This document shows, in pieces, positions 24,840 to 38,713 of a DNA stretch of 64,000 nt. Source of the DNA: Macrostomum lignano (lineage: Eukaryota); the NCBI GenBank assembly GCA_002269645.1, contig NIVC01003725.1:1-64000 (forward strand). Reading direction: 5' to 3'. The translations under genes were made by a program, and so were the position numbers. The stretch's first letter is position 1, and the number at the start of each line of letters is the position of its first letter. The notes beneath the pieces were generated by a model. It did not search any database. It was not told the origin of the DNA and saw only the letters and a program-made list of their open reading frames with translations.

Positions 24840-25602
24840 ACCCTCTCTGACAACTCCCTCTGACAGCTCCCTCTCTGACAAATCCCTCTGACAGCTCCCT
24901 CTCTGACAACTCCCTCTGACAGCTCCCTCTCTGACAAATCCCTCTGACAGCTCCCTCTCTGACAACTCCCTCTGACAGCTCCCTCTCTGACAAATCCCTC
25001 TGACAGCTCCCTCTCTGACAACTCCCTCTGACAGCTCCCTCTCTGACAAATCCCTCTGACAGCTCCCTCTCTGACAACTCCCTCTGACAGCTCCCTCTCT
25101 GACAAATCCCTCTCTGACAAATATCTCTGACAGCTCCCTCTCTGACAACTCCCTCTCTGACAACTCCCTCCTCTCTGACAAATCCCTCTGACAACTCCCT
25201 CTGACAGCTCCCTCCCTGACAAATCCCTCTGACAGCTCCCTCTCTGACAAATCCCTCTCTGACAACTCCCTCTGACAACTCCCTCTGACAGCTCCCTCCC
25301 TGACAAATCCCTCTGACAGCTCCCTCTCTGACAACTCCCTCTCTGACAGCTCCCTCTCTGACAGCTCCCTCTCTGACAACTCCCTCTCTGACAACTCCCT
25401 CTCTGACAACTCCCTCTCTGACAACTCCCTCTCTGACAACTCCCTCTGACAGCTCCCTCCCTGACAAATCCTTCTGACAACTCCCTCTCTGACAACCCTC
25501 TCTCTGACAAATCCCTCTGACAACTCCCTATCTAACAAGTCCCTCTCTGACAACCCTCTCTCTGACAACCCTCTCTCTGACAACTCCCTCTCTCTGACAA
25601 CC
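24840..25602. repeat. 15-17-bp minisatellite CTCTCTGACAACTCCCT in GPCR intron 2
   Basis: Tandem periodicity. Explains the ERELS/GSCQR ORFs. Confidence 0.95.
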
Positions 25603-26527
25603 CTAACGAGGGTGCTTCTTCGATATGTTTCCGTCTAAATGTATTTTTTCTCTGCAACACAGACTCGATGTAACTTTTGTCAGTTGTTCGGGAAGCAGCT
25701 TCTCTGAGCTGAGTACACTAATCCGCATTCGAGTATCCGATGTCTTTGAGCAATGTAGCGCGAGGGGACTCAGCTGGATTCCAGCAGTCAGGCACACTAA
25801 GCAGTGTTTGATGGCACTCGCGGGTAAAATTACTATTTGTGCTCACGTGAGCTCTCGCTAGCTGCCTCTCTGATAGCATCATCGATGAGGTCTCTACATC
25901 GCGGGCCGCAGCAATGGGGGCCAAGAGAGGGAGCGGCCATCAGTATTCCTGTCGGATAGAAGAATGGGCAAGACAAATCCCAAAGCTCCGAACCCCCACA
26001 TTAATACAGTCCTCGTTTCGACGAAATTCGAGTAGGCAATTTGATGAAGATGATTTGGCGGGAGCTGAATCTCAGCTTCCCTATTCGCACGTGACTGAGT
26101 ATTCCAGCGGCACTTGGCTTTCGTTTGAGGAATTTTATATTCTAGTAAAGCCTTGCTAGCTGCCTGTCCTGTGCTGAGAGGCAAATTAATTATAGATCTA
26201 TATCGCTATCAGCCAGGCCAGTTCGACTGAACGGACTTCCTTTGACAGCTCACGAATCACCGCGCGGCAGACAGATCAAGGACAAGAACAGAATCCCTGA
26301 GGCGAAATGTTGAGTCCCTACAGCTAAACTGCTGTTTGACGCAGCTGCTTCCTCCTAATGCCTCTCCTCACCTCTCCCCTTCCCTTCTCCCTCTGAATTC
26401 CCCCCAGGGCAGGCTGCAACAGCTCTTAACTCCGCTAAAAATGATAGCGCACACACGCTAAGTGTCAGGCTGCTGCATGTTAGTCGGGACGCACCTGCGC
26501 TTGTTATGACCCTCTAGACTGCAGAAC

Positions 26528-28490
26528 CTTTAGATTCCTTTAGATTCCTTTAGATTCCTTTAGATTCCTTTAGATTCCTTCAGATTCCTTCAGATTCCTT
26601 CAGATTCCTTCAGATTCCTTTAGATTCCTTCAGATTCCTTTAGATTCCTTTAGATTCCTTTAGATTCCTTTAGATTCCTTTAGATTCCTTTAGATTCCTT
26701 TAGATTCCTTTAGATTCCTTTAGATTCTTTAGATTCCTTTAGATTCCTTTAGATTCCTTTAGATTGCTTTAGATTCCTTTAGATTCCTTTAGATTTCTTT
26801 AGATTCCTTTAGATTCCTTTAGATTCCTTTAGATTCCTTTAGATTCCTTTAGATTCCTTTAGATTCCTTTAGATTCCTTTAGATTCCTTTAGATTCCTTT
26901 AGATTCCTTTAGATTCCTTTAGATTCCTTTAGATTCCTTTAGATTCCTTCAGATTCCTTCAGACTCCTTCAGATTCCTTTAGATACCCATAGATTCCTTA
27001 GATTCCTTTCCATTCCTTTAGATTCCTTTAGATTCCTTTAGATTCCTTCAGATTCCTTCAGATTCCTTCAGATTCCTTCAGATTCCCTTAGATTCCTTTA
27101 GATTCCTTCAGATTCCTTCAGATTCCTTCAGATTCCTTTAGATTCCTTCAGATTCCTTCAGATTCCTTCAGATTCCTTCAGATTCCTTTAGATTCCTTTA
27201 GATTCCTTCAGATTCCCTTAGATTCCTTCAGATTCCTTCAGATTCCTTTAGATTCCTTTAGATTCCTTTCTATTCCTTTAGATTCCTTTAGATTCCTTTA
27301 GATTCCTTCAAATTCCTTCAGATTCCTTCAGATTCCTTCAGATTCCTTCAGATTCCTTCAGATTCCTTTAGATTCCTTCAGATTCCTTCAGATTCCTTCA
27401 GATTCCTTTAGATTCCTTCAGATTCCTTCAGATTCCTTCAGATTCCTTCAGATTCCTTTAGATTCCTTCAGATTCCTTCAGATTCCTTCAGATTCCTTTA
27501 GATTCCTTTAGATTCCTTCAGATTCCCTTAGATTCCTTCAGATTCCTTCAGATTCCTTTAGATTCCTTTAGATTCCTTTCTATTCCTTTAGATTACTTTA
27601 GATTCCTTTAGATTCCTTCAGATTCCTTCAGATTCCTTCAGATTCCTTTAGATTCCTTTAGATTCCTCCAGATTCCTTTCGATTCCTTCAGATTCCTTTA
27701 GATTCCTTCAGATTCCTTCAGATTCCTTCAGATTCCTTCAGATTCCTTCAGATTCCTTTAGATTCCTTTAGATTCCTTTAGATTCCTTCAGATTCCTTCA
27801 GATTCCTTTAGATTCCTTTAGATTCCTTCAGATTCCTTTAGATTCCTTTAGATTCCTTTAGATTCCTTCAGATTCCTTCAGATTCCTTCAGATTCCTTTA
27901 GATTCCTTTAGATTCCTTCAGATTCCCTTAGATTCCTTCAGATTCCTTCAGATTCCTTTAGATTCCTTTAGATTCCTTTCTATTCCTTTAGATTCCTTTA
28001 GATTCCTTTAGATTCCTTCAAATTCCTTCAGATTCCTTCAGATTCCTTCAGATTCCTTCAGATTCCTTCAGATTCCTTCAGATTCCTTTAGATTCCTTCA
28101 GATTCCTTCAGATTCCTTCAGATTCCTTTAGATTCCTTCAGATTCCTTCAGATTCCTTCAGATTCCTTCAGATTCCTTTAGATTCCTTCAGATTCCTTTA
28201 GATTCCTTTAGATTCTTTCAGATTCCTTCAGATTCCTTCAGATTCCTTTAGATTCCTTTAGATTCCTTTCTATTCCTTTAGATTCCTTGAGATTCCTTCA
28301 GATTCCTTCAGATTCCTTTAGATTCTTTCAGATTCCTTTAGATTCCTTCAGATTCCTTTAGATTCCTTCAGATTCCTTCAGATTCCTTCAGATTCCTTTA
28401 GATTCCTTCAGATTCCTTCAGATTCCTTTAGATTCCTTTAGATTCCTTTAGATTCCTTTAGATTCCTTTAGATTCCTTTAGATTCATTTA
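26528..28490. repeat. 10-bp satellite T(T/C)AGATTCCT (about 195 copies) in GPCR intron 2
   Basis: Tandem periodicity. Confidence 0.97.
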
Positions 28491-28624
28491 GAACTGCTGC
28501 TTGTTTTCTGGGCGCATTTTGGTCAAGGTGCATTGCAAACAAATGCAAATACTCGTACGAACTAGACTGCCATTTCACGTCTCTTCTGATCGCTCCTTCT
28601 TTGCCCGACAGCCTTCCTCCCCCT

Positions 28625-29305
28625 TCCTGCACTTCCCCAAACTTCCGGCCCCTTCCTCTCCATTCCCGCCCCTTCCTCTCCATTCCCGCCCCTTCCTCTC
28701 CATTCCCGCCCCTTCCTCTCCATTCCCGCCCCTTCCTCTCCATTCCCGCCCCTTCCTCTCCATTCCCGCCCCTTCCTCTCCATTCCCGCCCCTTCCTCTC
28801 CATTCCCGCCCCTTCCTCTCCATTCCCGCCCCTTCCTCTCCATTCCCGCCACTTCCCCAACCTTCCTGCCCCTTCCTCTCCCTACCTTGCTGCTTCCCCT
28901 ACTTTCCTGCCCTTCTTCTACCTTCCTGCCTTTTCCCCTACCTTCCTGCCCCTTCCCCTACCTTCCTGCTTCTTCCCCTACCTTCCTGCCCCTTCCCCTA
29001 CTTTCCTGCCTCTTCCCCTACCTTCCTGCCTCTTCCCCTACCATCCTGCCTCTTCCCCTACCATCCTGCCTCTTCTCCTACCATCCTGCCCCTTCCCCTA
29101 CCATCCTGCCTCTTCTCCTACCATCCTGCCTCTTCCCCTACCATCCTACCCCTTCCCCTACCATCCTGCCCCTTCCCCTACCATCCTGCCTCTTCCCCTA
29201 CCATCCTGCCTCTTCCCCTACCTTCCTGCCTCTTCCCCTACCTTCCTGCCTCTTCCCCTACCTTTCTGCCTCTTCCCCTACCTTCCTGCCTCTTCCCCTA
29301 CCTTC
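28625..29305. repeat. Two adjacent pyrimidine-rich 20-bp arrays (CATTCCCGCCCCTTCCTCTC, then CCTTCCTGCCTCTTCCCCTA)
   Basis: Tandem periodicity. Lies 150 bp from the GPCR exon 2 donor. Confidence 0.93.
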
Positions 29306-29457
29306 CTTCCCCTTTCCTCTCCCTGCCTCCTGCCTCTCCTCACCCCTCTTCTATTCCTATGCCTCCTTTTCCCTCGCTCCGTCTCCTTTCCTCTCGTCTA
29401 TCTCTCTTTCTACCGCAGCTCGGTGTTTCAACCTCCCGATTCCCCCACTTGCCTCAC

Positions 29458-29778
29458 CTTCAGTAAAGTGCATCAGCTTGCAGCCGACCTTGCCCAGAGG
29501 CCAGGTGTGGTAGACGAGGTAGCAGACGGCGGCCGGCATGCAGACCAGAGTGACCAGCAGGTTGGACGCCGCGAGGCTGACCATCAGCTTTGGCAGGCGC
29601 TGCCTCAGCTGCTTGTACCGCAGGCCCATAGCGATGAAGAGGCCGTTGGCGCCAAGCGACCACAGCATGGCTACTCCGTAGGCCGCGAACAGGATGTACT
29701 CTAGCGGGCCCAGCGGTCGCCGGTTCAGCAGGTCGATCACCTCCTGTGTATGCAGGAATTGCTTCTGTGCAGCAGAGG
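29458..29778 (-). CDS. GPCR exon 2 (TM1-TM3)
   Basis: TM1 SLGANGLFI, TM2 SLAASNLLV, ECL1 WPLG, TM3 CKLMH. Acceptor TTCTTGCAG|, donor GAAG|GTGAGG, both phase 1. Confidence 0.9.
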
Positions 29779-29858
29779 CTGCAAGAATGAGAGAACTGTG
29801 ATTAATTTGCTTTGAGCTCCATTCGTATTCAAAGCAGTCGAATCAGTCACAAGCTCAC

Positions 29859-30030
29859 CCATATTGCCGGTCACAACCAAGCGAAGCTCTTCAAGCTGCT
29901 GCCGTAACTGCCGCTCTGCGCGAATCTTAGAAAACCGGCCCAGCTTTTCTGTGTCTCCGGCTGTTTTTATTCTATATTGAGGCAGCGCACCCATCGCCCT
30001 CATAGCCCGCTCAGCCTCCCTCTCCGCCAT
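29859..30030 (-). CDS. GPCR putative exon 1 (MAEREAERAMRAM...VVTGNM); spliced CDS 1890 nt = 629 aa
   Basis: Donor ATGG|GTGAGC in matching phase 1 gives an 80-nt intron. The start codon is inferred. Confidence 0.55.
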
Positions 30031-31309
30031 CTCACTCCACTGGGATTCGCCCAATCCCCGACAGAGCTGATCGCTGCTTAATTATTATTTTTGTGCCTTA
30101 ATAATAGCCGGGTCCCCTCATCTCCATCCCAACTCCTCCCCCTCATCTGTCTGCCGCAGCCTCCTCCTCTTTTCTCCTCCTTCCCAATCCTGCTGTAGCA
30201 GATCGAGAAAGGCCACCTTCGTCACACCTTTCACTTCGCTTCATCCATGCAGCTGTGAGTGATGAAGCGGCTGCATGAGGGCTTAGGAAGCTTACTCGTA
30301 GATTATGTTTGCCATATTTTGCAAACGAACTTTTTCTAAGAAAATTTGCATTACAATTTTTGTCTGAAATTGAAATTTAGCTTATCGAAATCTCAAGCAC
30401 CGTCTGCCCTCATCTCTTGCGTCACAGGGCGCGCCTTAAAACCTGGGCGCCGGAGTCAGCCGACAGCAGCACCTCATGCAACGACTGTAGGCGGTCTATC
30501 CAGCTCAGCCTTGCTTCATCATGTTTTATTGTGTTTTCTCTGTCATTGTGCTCAAGCCCGCCCCCTCCCTCAGCCAAATGAACTGCCTGCCGAGCTGACA
30601 CCGAAAAAAGACACGCCTCGCTGTCAGGGGGAATCTGGGGCAGGCAAAAACTGCTTATTGTTTCCGTCAGTCGCTTCATCCAGCATCTCTGCTGTATCAG
30701 TATAGAGAGCTGCTCACAGTTCGCTAGTCGCCCGCTGTGCTCTGACTCAGGCTGAATGGCTTTGAGCAGAAGCAGCAGCGAGGACTCATTCACTCGGATT
30801 GAGTTTTTTGCCCTCGGCTTTTCCCATGACCAAGGGCTCGCTACGGGCCAGAAGCTCCCAGCATGATGAGGCAACCCAACCGAGATCTTCTTTGATCCGT
30901 GACCAGTTTCTGCAGCATTCTTTCTGCTTCGTCTGCGGCTAGCCGTGAAGCAAAAGATTTGCTCTCTGTTTGTCCCCAGATCGGGGGAGAGCTTTAATAA
31001 CTAATTACTGCGCCCATGGTTGCTTGCTCTTGTAATACAAAAATAGCGTTTTTTAATCTTTTTAATGGAAAAAATTCCCTACTTTGAATACGCAATTTCG
31101 ATCAAGCAATGATTTTAACTGTACACTGGCTCAGCTCACTGACTGGCGGGTTGCAAGACCAGTTGGGTCAGCACATTTGCCGTTAGCAGATTTTAGTTTC
31201 CAAGTTAAGCAGAGTTGACCGCGGTTAGTACGAAGCTGAATAGGCTGCTTGAATCGCTCCTCGAGACAGTCACCGAGAGCATTCTGCATTCAACCCTCAC
31301 CAGCTTCAT

Positions 31310-31846
31310 CCGATGTCGGGCCTCAATGTACACTGTTTCAGTCACTCTGCACTCCGTCTGGCCTCAATGTACACTGGTTCAGTCACTCTACATTCCGTCT
31401 GGCCTCAATGTACACTGGCTCAGTCACTCTGCACTCCGTCTGGCCTCAATGTACACTGGCTCAGTCACTCTGCACTCCGTCTGGCCTCAATGTACACTGG
31501 CTCAGTCACTCTACACTCCGTCTGGCCTCAATGTACACTGGCTCAGCCCCTCTACAATCCGTCTGGCCTCAATGTACACTGGCTCAGTCACTCTGCACTC
31601 CGTCTGGCCTCAATGAACACTGGCTCAGTCACTCTACACTCCGTCTGGCCTCAATGTACACTGGCTCAGTCACTCTACACTCCGTCTGGCCTCAATGTAC
31701 ACTGGCTCAGCCCCTCTACACTCCGTCTGGCCTCAATGTACACTGGCTCAGTCACTCTACACTCCGTCTGGCCTCAATGTACACTGGCTCAGCCCCTCTA
31801 CACTCCGTCTGGCCTCAATGTACACTGGCTCAGTCACTCTACACTT
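31310..31846. repeat. 41-bp tandem repeat CCGTCTGGCCTCAATGTACACTGGCTCAGTCACTCTACACT (about 13 copies)
   Basis: Tandem periodicity. Confidence 0.95.
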
Positions 31847-32497
31847 AACCCGTTTGCAAATAAAAAAACTCACAGATCCTGACTTCCCAAACATGAAAAT
31901 AACATTGCATTCAAATTCTGAAGGGAATAATTACAGCCTATCGCTCGACTATGTGAAACACCTGCAAAAGCAATTTGCAAGTGTTTAGTCTAAAATTAGA
32001 AAAGCTGACGCTCGCGCAAAGGGCCATCAACATCACTAAACACCTGATTTTAAGGACACTTCTAGGGCAGGAGCGAGACAACACAAGCAAGCAATAATTA
32101 GAAACTGGTCATCGAGTTCGCGTTTTGTTTTTCTAATCTTTAAAACAATCCCCAAATTCACTTTATCCCGCCCTGGTTTAAGTCCTTATTCACAGCTTTC
32201 TTACCTTAACTGCTCGAATTTTCTGACGTCAACTGATTACTGACCCGCAGCTCAGGGGTTAATTAGACAGTAGGGCGACAGATGGCCGCCTACGGGCTCA
32301 TCTGCCTACTGTTCTAAGTAGCGACAATGATTTATTAAGAACTAATCTACCGGCGCCTTTACGAGGCTAGACAGGGACGACTGGCTGGCAAGCTAACTGG
32401 CAAATTCAATTTATTTGAAGGTCCATCGAGATAGGAAATTTTCTGTTTTTTTCTTCTGAAATTATGCCACTCCAGCCTATTAGGAAATTAGGCCATT

Positions 32498-32612
32498 GGG
32501 CAATAATTTCACTAAATAGGCCAATAATTTTACTGAATTATCCAATAATTTCACTAAATAGGCCAATAATTTCACTAAATAGGCCAATAATTTCACTAAA
32601 TAGGCCAAATAA
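32498..32612. repeat. 21-bp repeat TAAATAGGCCAATAATTTCAC (about 5 copies)
   Basis: Tandem periodicity. Confidence 0.9.
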
Positions 32613-33540
32613 TTAGTCCAAAGGGAGCGCCCAAAATGGCCTTCTAGGATTTCTGGGTGACCCCCGGATACGAACCTGTACCCTTTCTGCAACTTTAAAA
32701 AAGAAACGTCGATCGCTTCCAGCTTCACCCTGCAGCAAAGTGAAGTATACAAGTCAAAGAGACGCGATGAAAGAAAGATAAGAAGGCTCACTCGAAAATC
32801 TTCATCTAATCGAATATATAAAGAGCCAAGTATAGAAATATGACAACCGTCAAGGTCAGAGGCTGGGGAGAGGAGCAACAAAGCTGCTGCTACGGCTGCT
32901 GGTCTCCTGGGAAAAGACGGACCCTGCGGAAGAGCCCATTCGCATTTAGAGCCGGGGCTGAGCCATCCCATGAAAGCCTGCATGCTGTGAGGCAGAGGCA
33001 AAACACAGACAACAAAACAAGGTGCTTCTCCTTGCTCAGCCTCTGATACTCTACTTGTCCTCCATCTCTCGCTCTGCTTTTCCCCACCAACCCGTCCGCC
33101 CCCCCCCCCCCCCCCCGAACTCCCCAGCGGGAAAGACGCATCCCCCACACTCCTCTCCTCAGCTCAGGCACGCACAGAGATGATACACAAAGCAGGCAGG
33201 GGGGGGGCTTGCATGGGGAAACAGCTTACAAGCACAAAAGGCAGTTTTATATGGCATTAGCGCAGAGGCTTCCATGCTCTCTGTATACTCTCTACCAGAG
33301 GCTGGCTTTTCTTGTGAAGCTGCGTCTCCCGTGTCTCCAAGCCATTCAAGTCACGATACTGGGCATGCAGTCAATATTTTCAACCTGATCTCAATTGTCT
33401 CGAAGCTGAGGCTACGAAGCTGAGATCTGCTTACGCGTCTTTGAGTCTCCAACTTTGAATATGAGCTGGAATCAATTCATTGCATACATGGTATTGTCCA
33501 TGCTATTGATGGCAGTAAATATGCTCAGACGGACACTAAG

Positions 33541-34668
<1,128 letters not shown>

Positions 34669-35110
34669 ACTGGTTTCAATTATAAGATGTGCCTGGTGTG
34701 AAAGCTGAAAGCTGAGTTGTCAGGGAAATTGATGCAGCAATTTATTAGTAAATTATTCCTGAGTGCCGGATTTCCTGTTCTCTATTTCTCTATTCTTTGC
34801 CAGCTCTCTGCTTCCCCTTCACACCCACTTTAACCATGGCTGGCTTGCCTGCTGCTGCGCTTTCAAAGATGGACTTTGAGCCCCCACTCAGTGTGGCCGG
34901 CCGCTTCCCACTCCTCACTCCCTGCTCCGGCGCGGCCGCCCACTCGGCTGTCATTCGCTGGCTCAGCGTCCGCGTCCCCACCTGTAAGTCAGAATTTGAA
35001 ATTGCAGTGAGCAAACAACTGCCTAGCGGTCCGCAGGCCATCCTCACAAGATTGAGTCAACTCCGATGGGACAGGCTCCAGAGCACTAGCGACAGAGTCC
35101 GCTGACGGGG

Positions 35111-35153
35111 ATGCCGAGCATCTGGCTACCCATCGGCTGCCTGGCTCTGCTTG
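35111..35153 (+). CDS. FNDC4/5-like gene, exon 1 (signal peptide MPSIWLPIGCLALL)
   Basis: Hydrophobic N-terminus. Strong donor TTG|GTGAGT, phase 1, joins 36433 in frame. Confidence 0.7.
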
Positions 35154-35269
35154 GTGAGTTGCTTGTTATGCATACCAACCAAAATTCAGTGATAAATGAC
35201 GCATTTTCTGAGCGTAAAAAAGGTGATAGAAGACCTGCGATGAGACAGCCATAAAGACAAAAACAAAGA

Positions 35270-35450
35270 CACGTATACACACAGGCACACAGACACACAG
35301 GCACACAGACACACAGGCACACAGACACACAGGCACACAGACACACAGGCACAAAATTGCACAGGCACAAAATTGCACAGGCACACAGACACAAACACAC
35401 AGTCACACAAACACACAAACACAGACACACAGACACAGACACACAAGCAC
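35270..35450. repeat. GGCACACAGACACACA / CA-rich repeat in intron 1
   Basis: Tandem periodicity. Confidence 0.9.
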
Positions 35451-36432
35451 AGCCACACTGTCAGAAGCTCCATCGCGGTGCCCCAGCATGGCAGCTGATG
35501 AAGCCGTGAACTAAGGTGAAGGGAAGGCAAATCCGCCTCAGGGCAAGCCAGCACGGGATTCAGGCGGAACTGAATTGTGAGAAGCCGCCGAAACGCACAA
35601 AACACTGCTTGAGTAGCGAGATTTGTCTTTGTGCATCATCTGCATCCGCAGGCATTCAGCATCCGCAATCTCCAATCCCTCATCTCAGTTCTGCCTCTCG
35701 TTGCTTCCCAAATCCCGCACTACTCAGCGCACTCAGCTCCCGGTTCGGGCTGCAATCAATAGAAGCAGTTTGCTCGCGCCCCGCAATTCAGAGGGGGGGG
35801 GGAGTACTCAGGCACTCAGCTCACAGTCAGATTGATTCCCGGTTGCCGTCATATTACGGGAGGAGAGACTGCGACAAGTTCATGAGCGAGTTTATGAGTG
35901 AGCATATGAGTGAAGTCATAATTTGATGTCTGAGTCTTTGAGTGAACTGATGAATGAGAATATTGATTTTTGGCATGCTCGCAGAAGTCCTTGCAAATTT
36001 CAAGTATTTCTAGCATTTCTTTTTCCGTATAGTTTACTAACAGTAGACAATAGTGTTTGCGCGAATCAGTCAGGCTGATGTGTACTGATCCTGATATCTC
36101 ACAGCAATGTACGCCTGGGTCTGCTTCCTTTTGCTTTCAGCTCGCGATGCTTTTCTGACTTGTACCTGAAAAAAATCAAACTAATTATTTTATCCACAAG
36201 TAATGAAATGTAAAGCATTAGTGAAGTTTACAAAGGAACTCAAATGTAGTTATCAATTTCTTTACTTTAGCATTTTCAGCTCTAAATTATTCTATTTAAA
36301 TCTGCTTCTCAGATTCTCAGCTTCATCAGCTGAACTAGTCAGAGAGCCAGTCAACGCCTGACCAATGAGACTCACACAGAGCTTTTCTGCAGCTTCCCCC
36401 ATCCCCTCCGTTATCTTCATCACCCCTGGCAG

Positions 36433-36885
36433 CTGTGCCGCTAGCAGCTGCAGACACGGCAGCGGAGGCCAAGCCTGAGCCACTGTTCGCTGTCCCGTCC
36501 CAGACTTGCCAGCACCGGCTAAAGCTTCGAGTCCGGGCCGCGCCAGCCCCGGGATCCGCCGCGCTACTCCAGTGGGAGCCGCTGCCTCCGCCAGCGCGGC
36601 GCTTCTGCCGCGAGCTCGAGCTGCGACTGTTCGACTCAACTGGGCCGCCGGCTGGCCACCTAAGCTTCCGCGGCGTCTGGCATCTCAGCTGCTCGGCCAA
36701 CGGGCACCGCGTGGACGACCTCCGACCGGAAGCGGTCTACCGGGCCTCCGTCTCTGTGCTCCAGGAGCCGTCGGGCCTCTTCTGCCGCTGGCCGGAGTCG
36801 CTGGTCTTCAGCGTCTGGAATCTCAGCGCCGCTGTCGCTGCCGAGGACATGGCGGCCAAGGCAAACCTGACCGGTGTGAACTCCA
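36433..36885 (+). CDS. FNDC4/5-like gene, exon 2 (fibronectin type III domain)
   Basis: LLQWEP and VDDLRPEAVYRASV follow the FN3 W..P and L.P...Y pattern. Acceptor CCTGGCAG|, donor TCCA|GTGAGC, phase 1. Confidence 0.8.
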
Positions 36886-36916
36886 GTGAGCACAAATGCA
36901 CTTTTGGGGGCTGGCG

Positions 36917-37507
36917 ATAGACAGATGGCAGTGGAGACAGATGGCAGTGGAGACAGATGGCTTTTGGAGACAGATGGCAGTGGAGACAGATGGCAATGGA
37001 GACAGATGGCAGTGGAGACAGATGGCAGTGGAGACAGATGGCTTTTGGAGAAAGATGGCAGTGGAGACAGATGGCAGTGGAGACAGATGGCAATGGAGAC
37101 AGATGGCAGCTGAGACAGATGGCAGTGGAGACAGATGGCAGTGGAGACAGATGGCAGTGGAGACAGATGGCAGTGGAGACAGATGGCAGCTGAGACAGAT
37201 GGCAGTGGAGACAGATGGCAGTGGAGACAGATGGCAGTGGAGACAGATGGCAATGGAGACAGATGGCAGTGGTGACAGATGGCAGTGGAGACAGATGGCA
37301 ATGGAGACAGATGGCAGTGGTGACAGATGGCAGTGGAGACAGATGGCAGTGGAGACAGATGGCAGCTGAGACAGATGGCAGTGGAGACAGATGGCAGTGG
37401 AGACAGATGGCAGTGGAGACAGATGGCAATGGAGACAGATGGCAGTGGAGACAGATGGCAGTGGAGACAGATGGCAATGGAGACAGATGGCAGTGGTGAC
37501 AGATGGC
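36917..37507. repeat. 16-bp minisatellite GAGACAGATGGCAGTG in intron 2
   Basis: Tandem periodicity. Explains the CHLSPLPSV ORFs. Confidence 0.95.
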
Positions 37508-38039
37508 ACCGGCAATAGCGAGGCAAAAAGCAACAATTTTGGCCCAAGAAGCAATGGAGGTGGCCCAGCCACTGAAGGCGGAGCCTGATGTTCCGTGTGC
37601 TTGAATAAAAAAATTTGCGTATAAAAAAATGCAGAGAAGAAGGCGGAAATCGATCCTTTGAGTTGCATGCCGACTGTCGACCGACATCTGTTGGGCTTCA
37701 TCGGCTTCCCACTGCGGAGGCTGGGGAGGGGGAGGCGACAGGCCTCATCCGAGCTGCTCGATGGCAGTTATCAAAATAGGAATTGAGACGCTGGGATGAG
37801 GCCGGGGAGACTGGGATCTGGGCTCGCATGCATAGTCAACCAGCTCATATTGCTACTCAGCTTTTTGACTGGATTAAAGTAGAAAACATCAGTTAATTTC
37901 CTCTGCCGGCAAGAGCCCGCGCGTGTAAATCCGGTTCGCATGGCGTTCAGCCCCAACCTCCCAGCCGGCCCGGGCTGCCTGGAGGCATAGAGAGAAAAAT
38001 AATGAGATGGGAAACCGGCCAGACACCGGACAGGCTCGG

Positions 38040-38105
38040 ACAGGCCTATAAATGGCCGGCCCAATGGGCGTGGCTGAAGCTTTTGGGCGTGGCCGGATTG
38101 TGGCT
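38040..38105. promoter_or_regulatory. Cluster of TATAAA, CCAAT and two GGGCGTGGC (Sp/KLF-like) boxes
   Basis: CCTATAAATGGCCGGCCCAATGGGCGTGGC...TTTTGGGCGTGGCC. Motif match only. Confidence 0.35.
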
Positions 38106-38713
38106 GCCAGCCTGGAAAAAAATTAATCCCAGGAAGAAAGGAGAGTAGCTTTATGATTGTCCATTACGAGCTGAGATCAGGTGGTTCGGTAAGCGAGGGA
38201 AGCTAAATCCGTGCTCAGAAGCTGCAGCAGCTGAATTGCGCAATCATTAGCAGTACACCAAGGGGGCGGAATGGAATAGGGTGTCCATAGTCACCTGGTG
38301 CCATCTGTTGAAGGTCCAGAAGCTCCACCTGGCTGAAGGCCGGTGACCAACGAAGTCAGATCTGATGCCGACACGTGGTCAACGTGCTGATGAAATTTGG
38401 AGCACAAGGGTGTAATGAATACACTAGCAGCGCTTATGGCAGAATCGTTGAATATCTCGACGGTTCGGAGAGCTGGCGGCTTGATTCTTGTTTGAGAAGT
38501 TGCGCAACGGAAATTTAGCTTATGTTCGGGAATTTCGTGTGCCTGCGTTGCTCAATAACTGATCCCCGTTTTACCCACTCACCCATCATTCAAAGCAGAC
38601 TACTGTTAGTAGCTTTAAAGTTTTTTAATAGAATTTTCGCAAAATAATAAAAACTGAAGTTTCAACATAGGGCGTATTTAAACATGCATAAATAATCATA
38701 TTTACAACCACAG

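Noticed and set aside
24539-25583. Long ORFs over tandem repeats (also 4622-5228, 5799-6466, 28501-29704, 31215-31882, 33455-34679, 36660-37701, 47414-48259, 52344-54131, 57315-58887, 62531-63967)
   Set aside because: These are translations of stop-poor repeat units, often open in several frames. Many lie inside introns of well-supported genes.
34984-35007. 24-nt GT-AG micro-intron
   Set aside because: Probably too short for normal spliceosomal splicing, with no supporting evidence. Mentioned only as one option.
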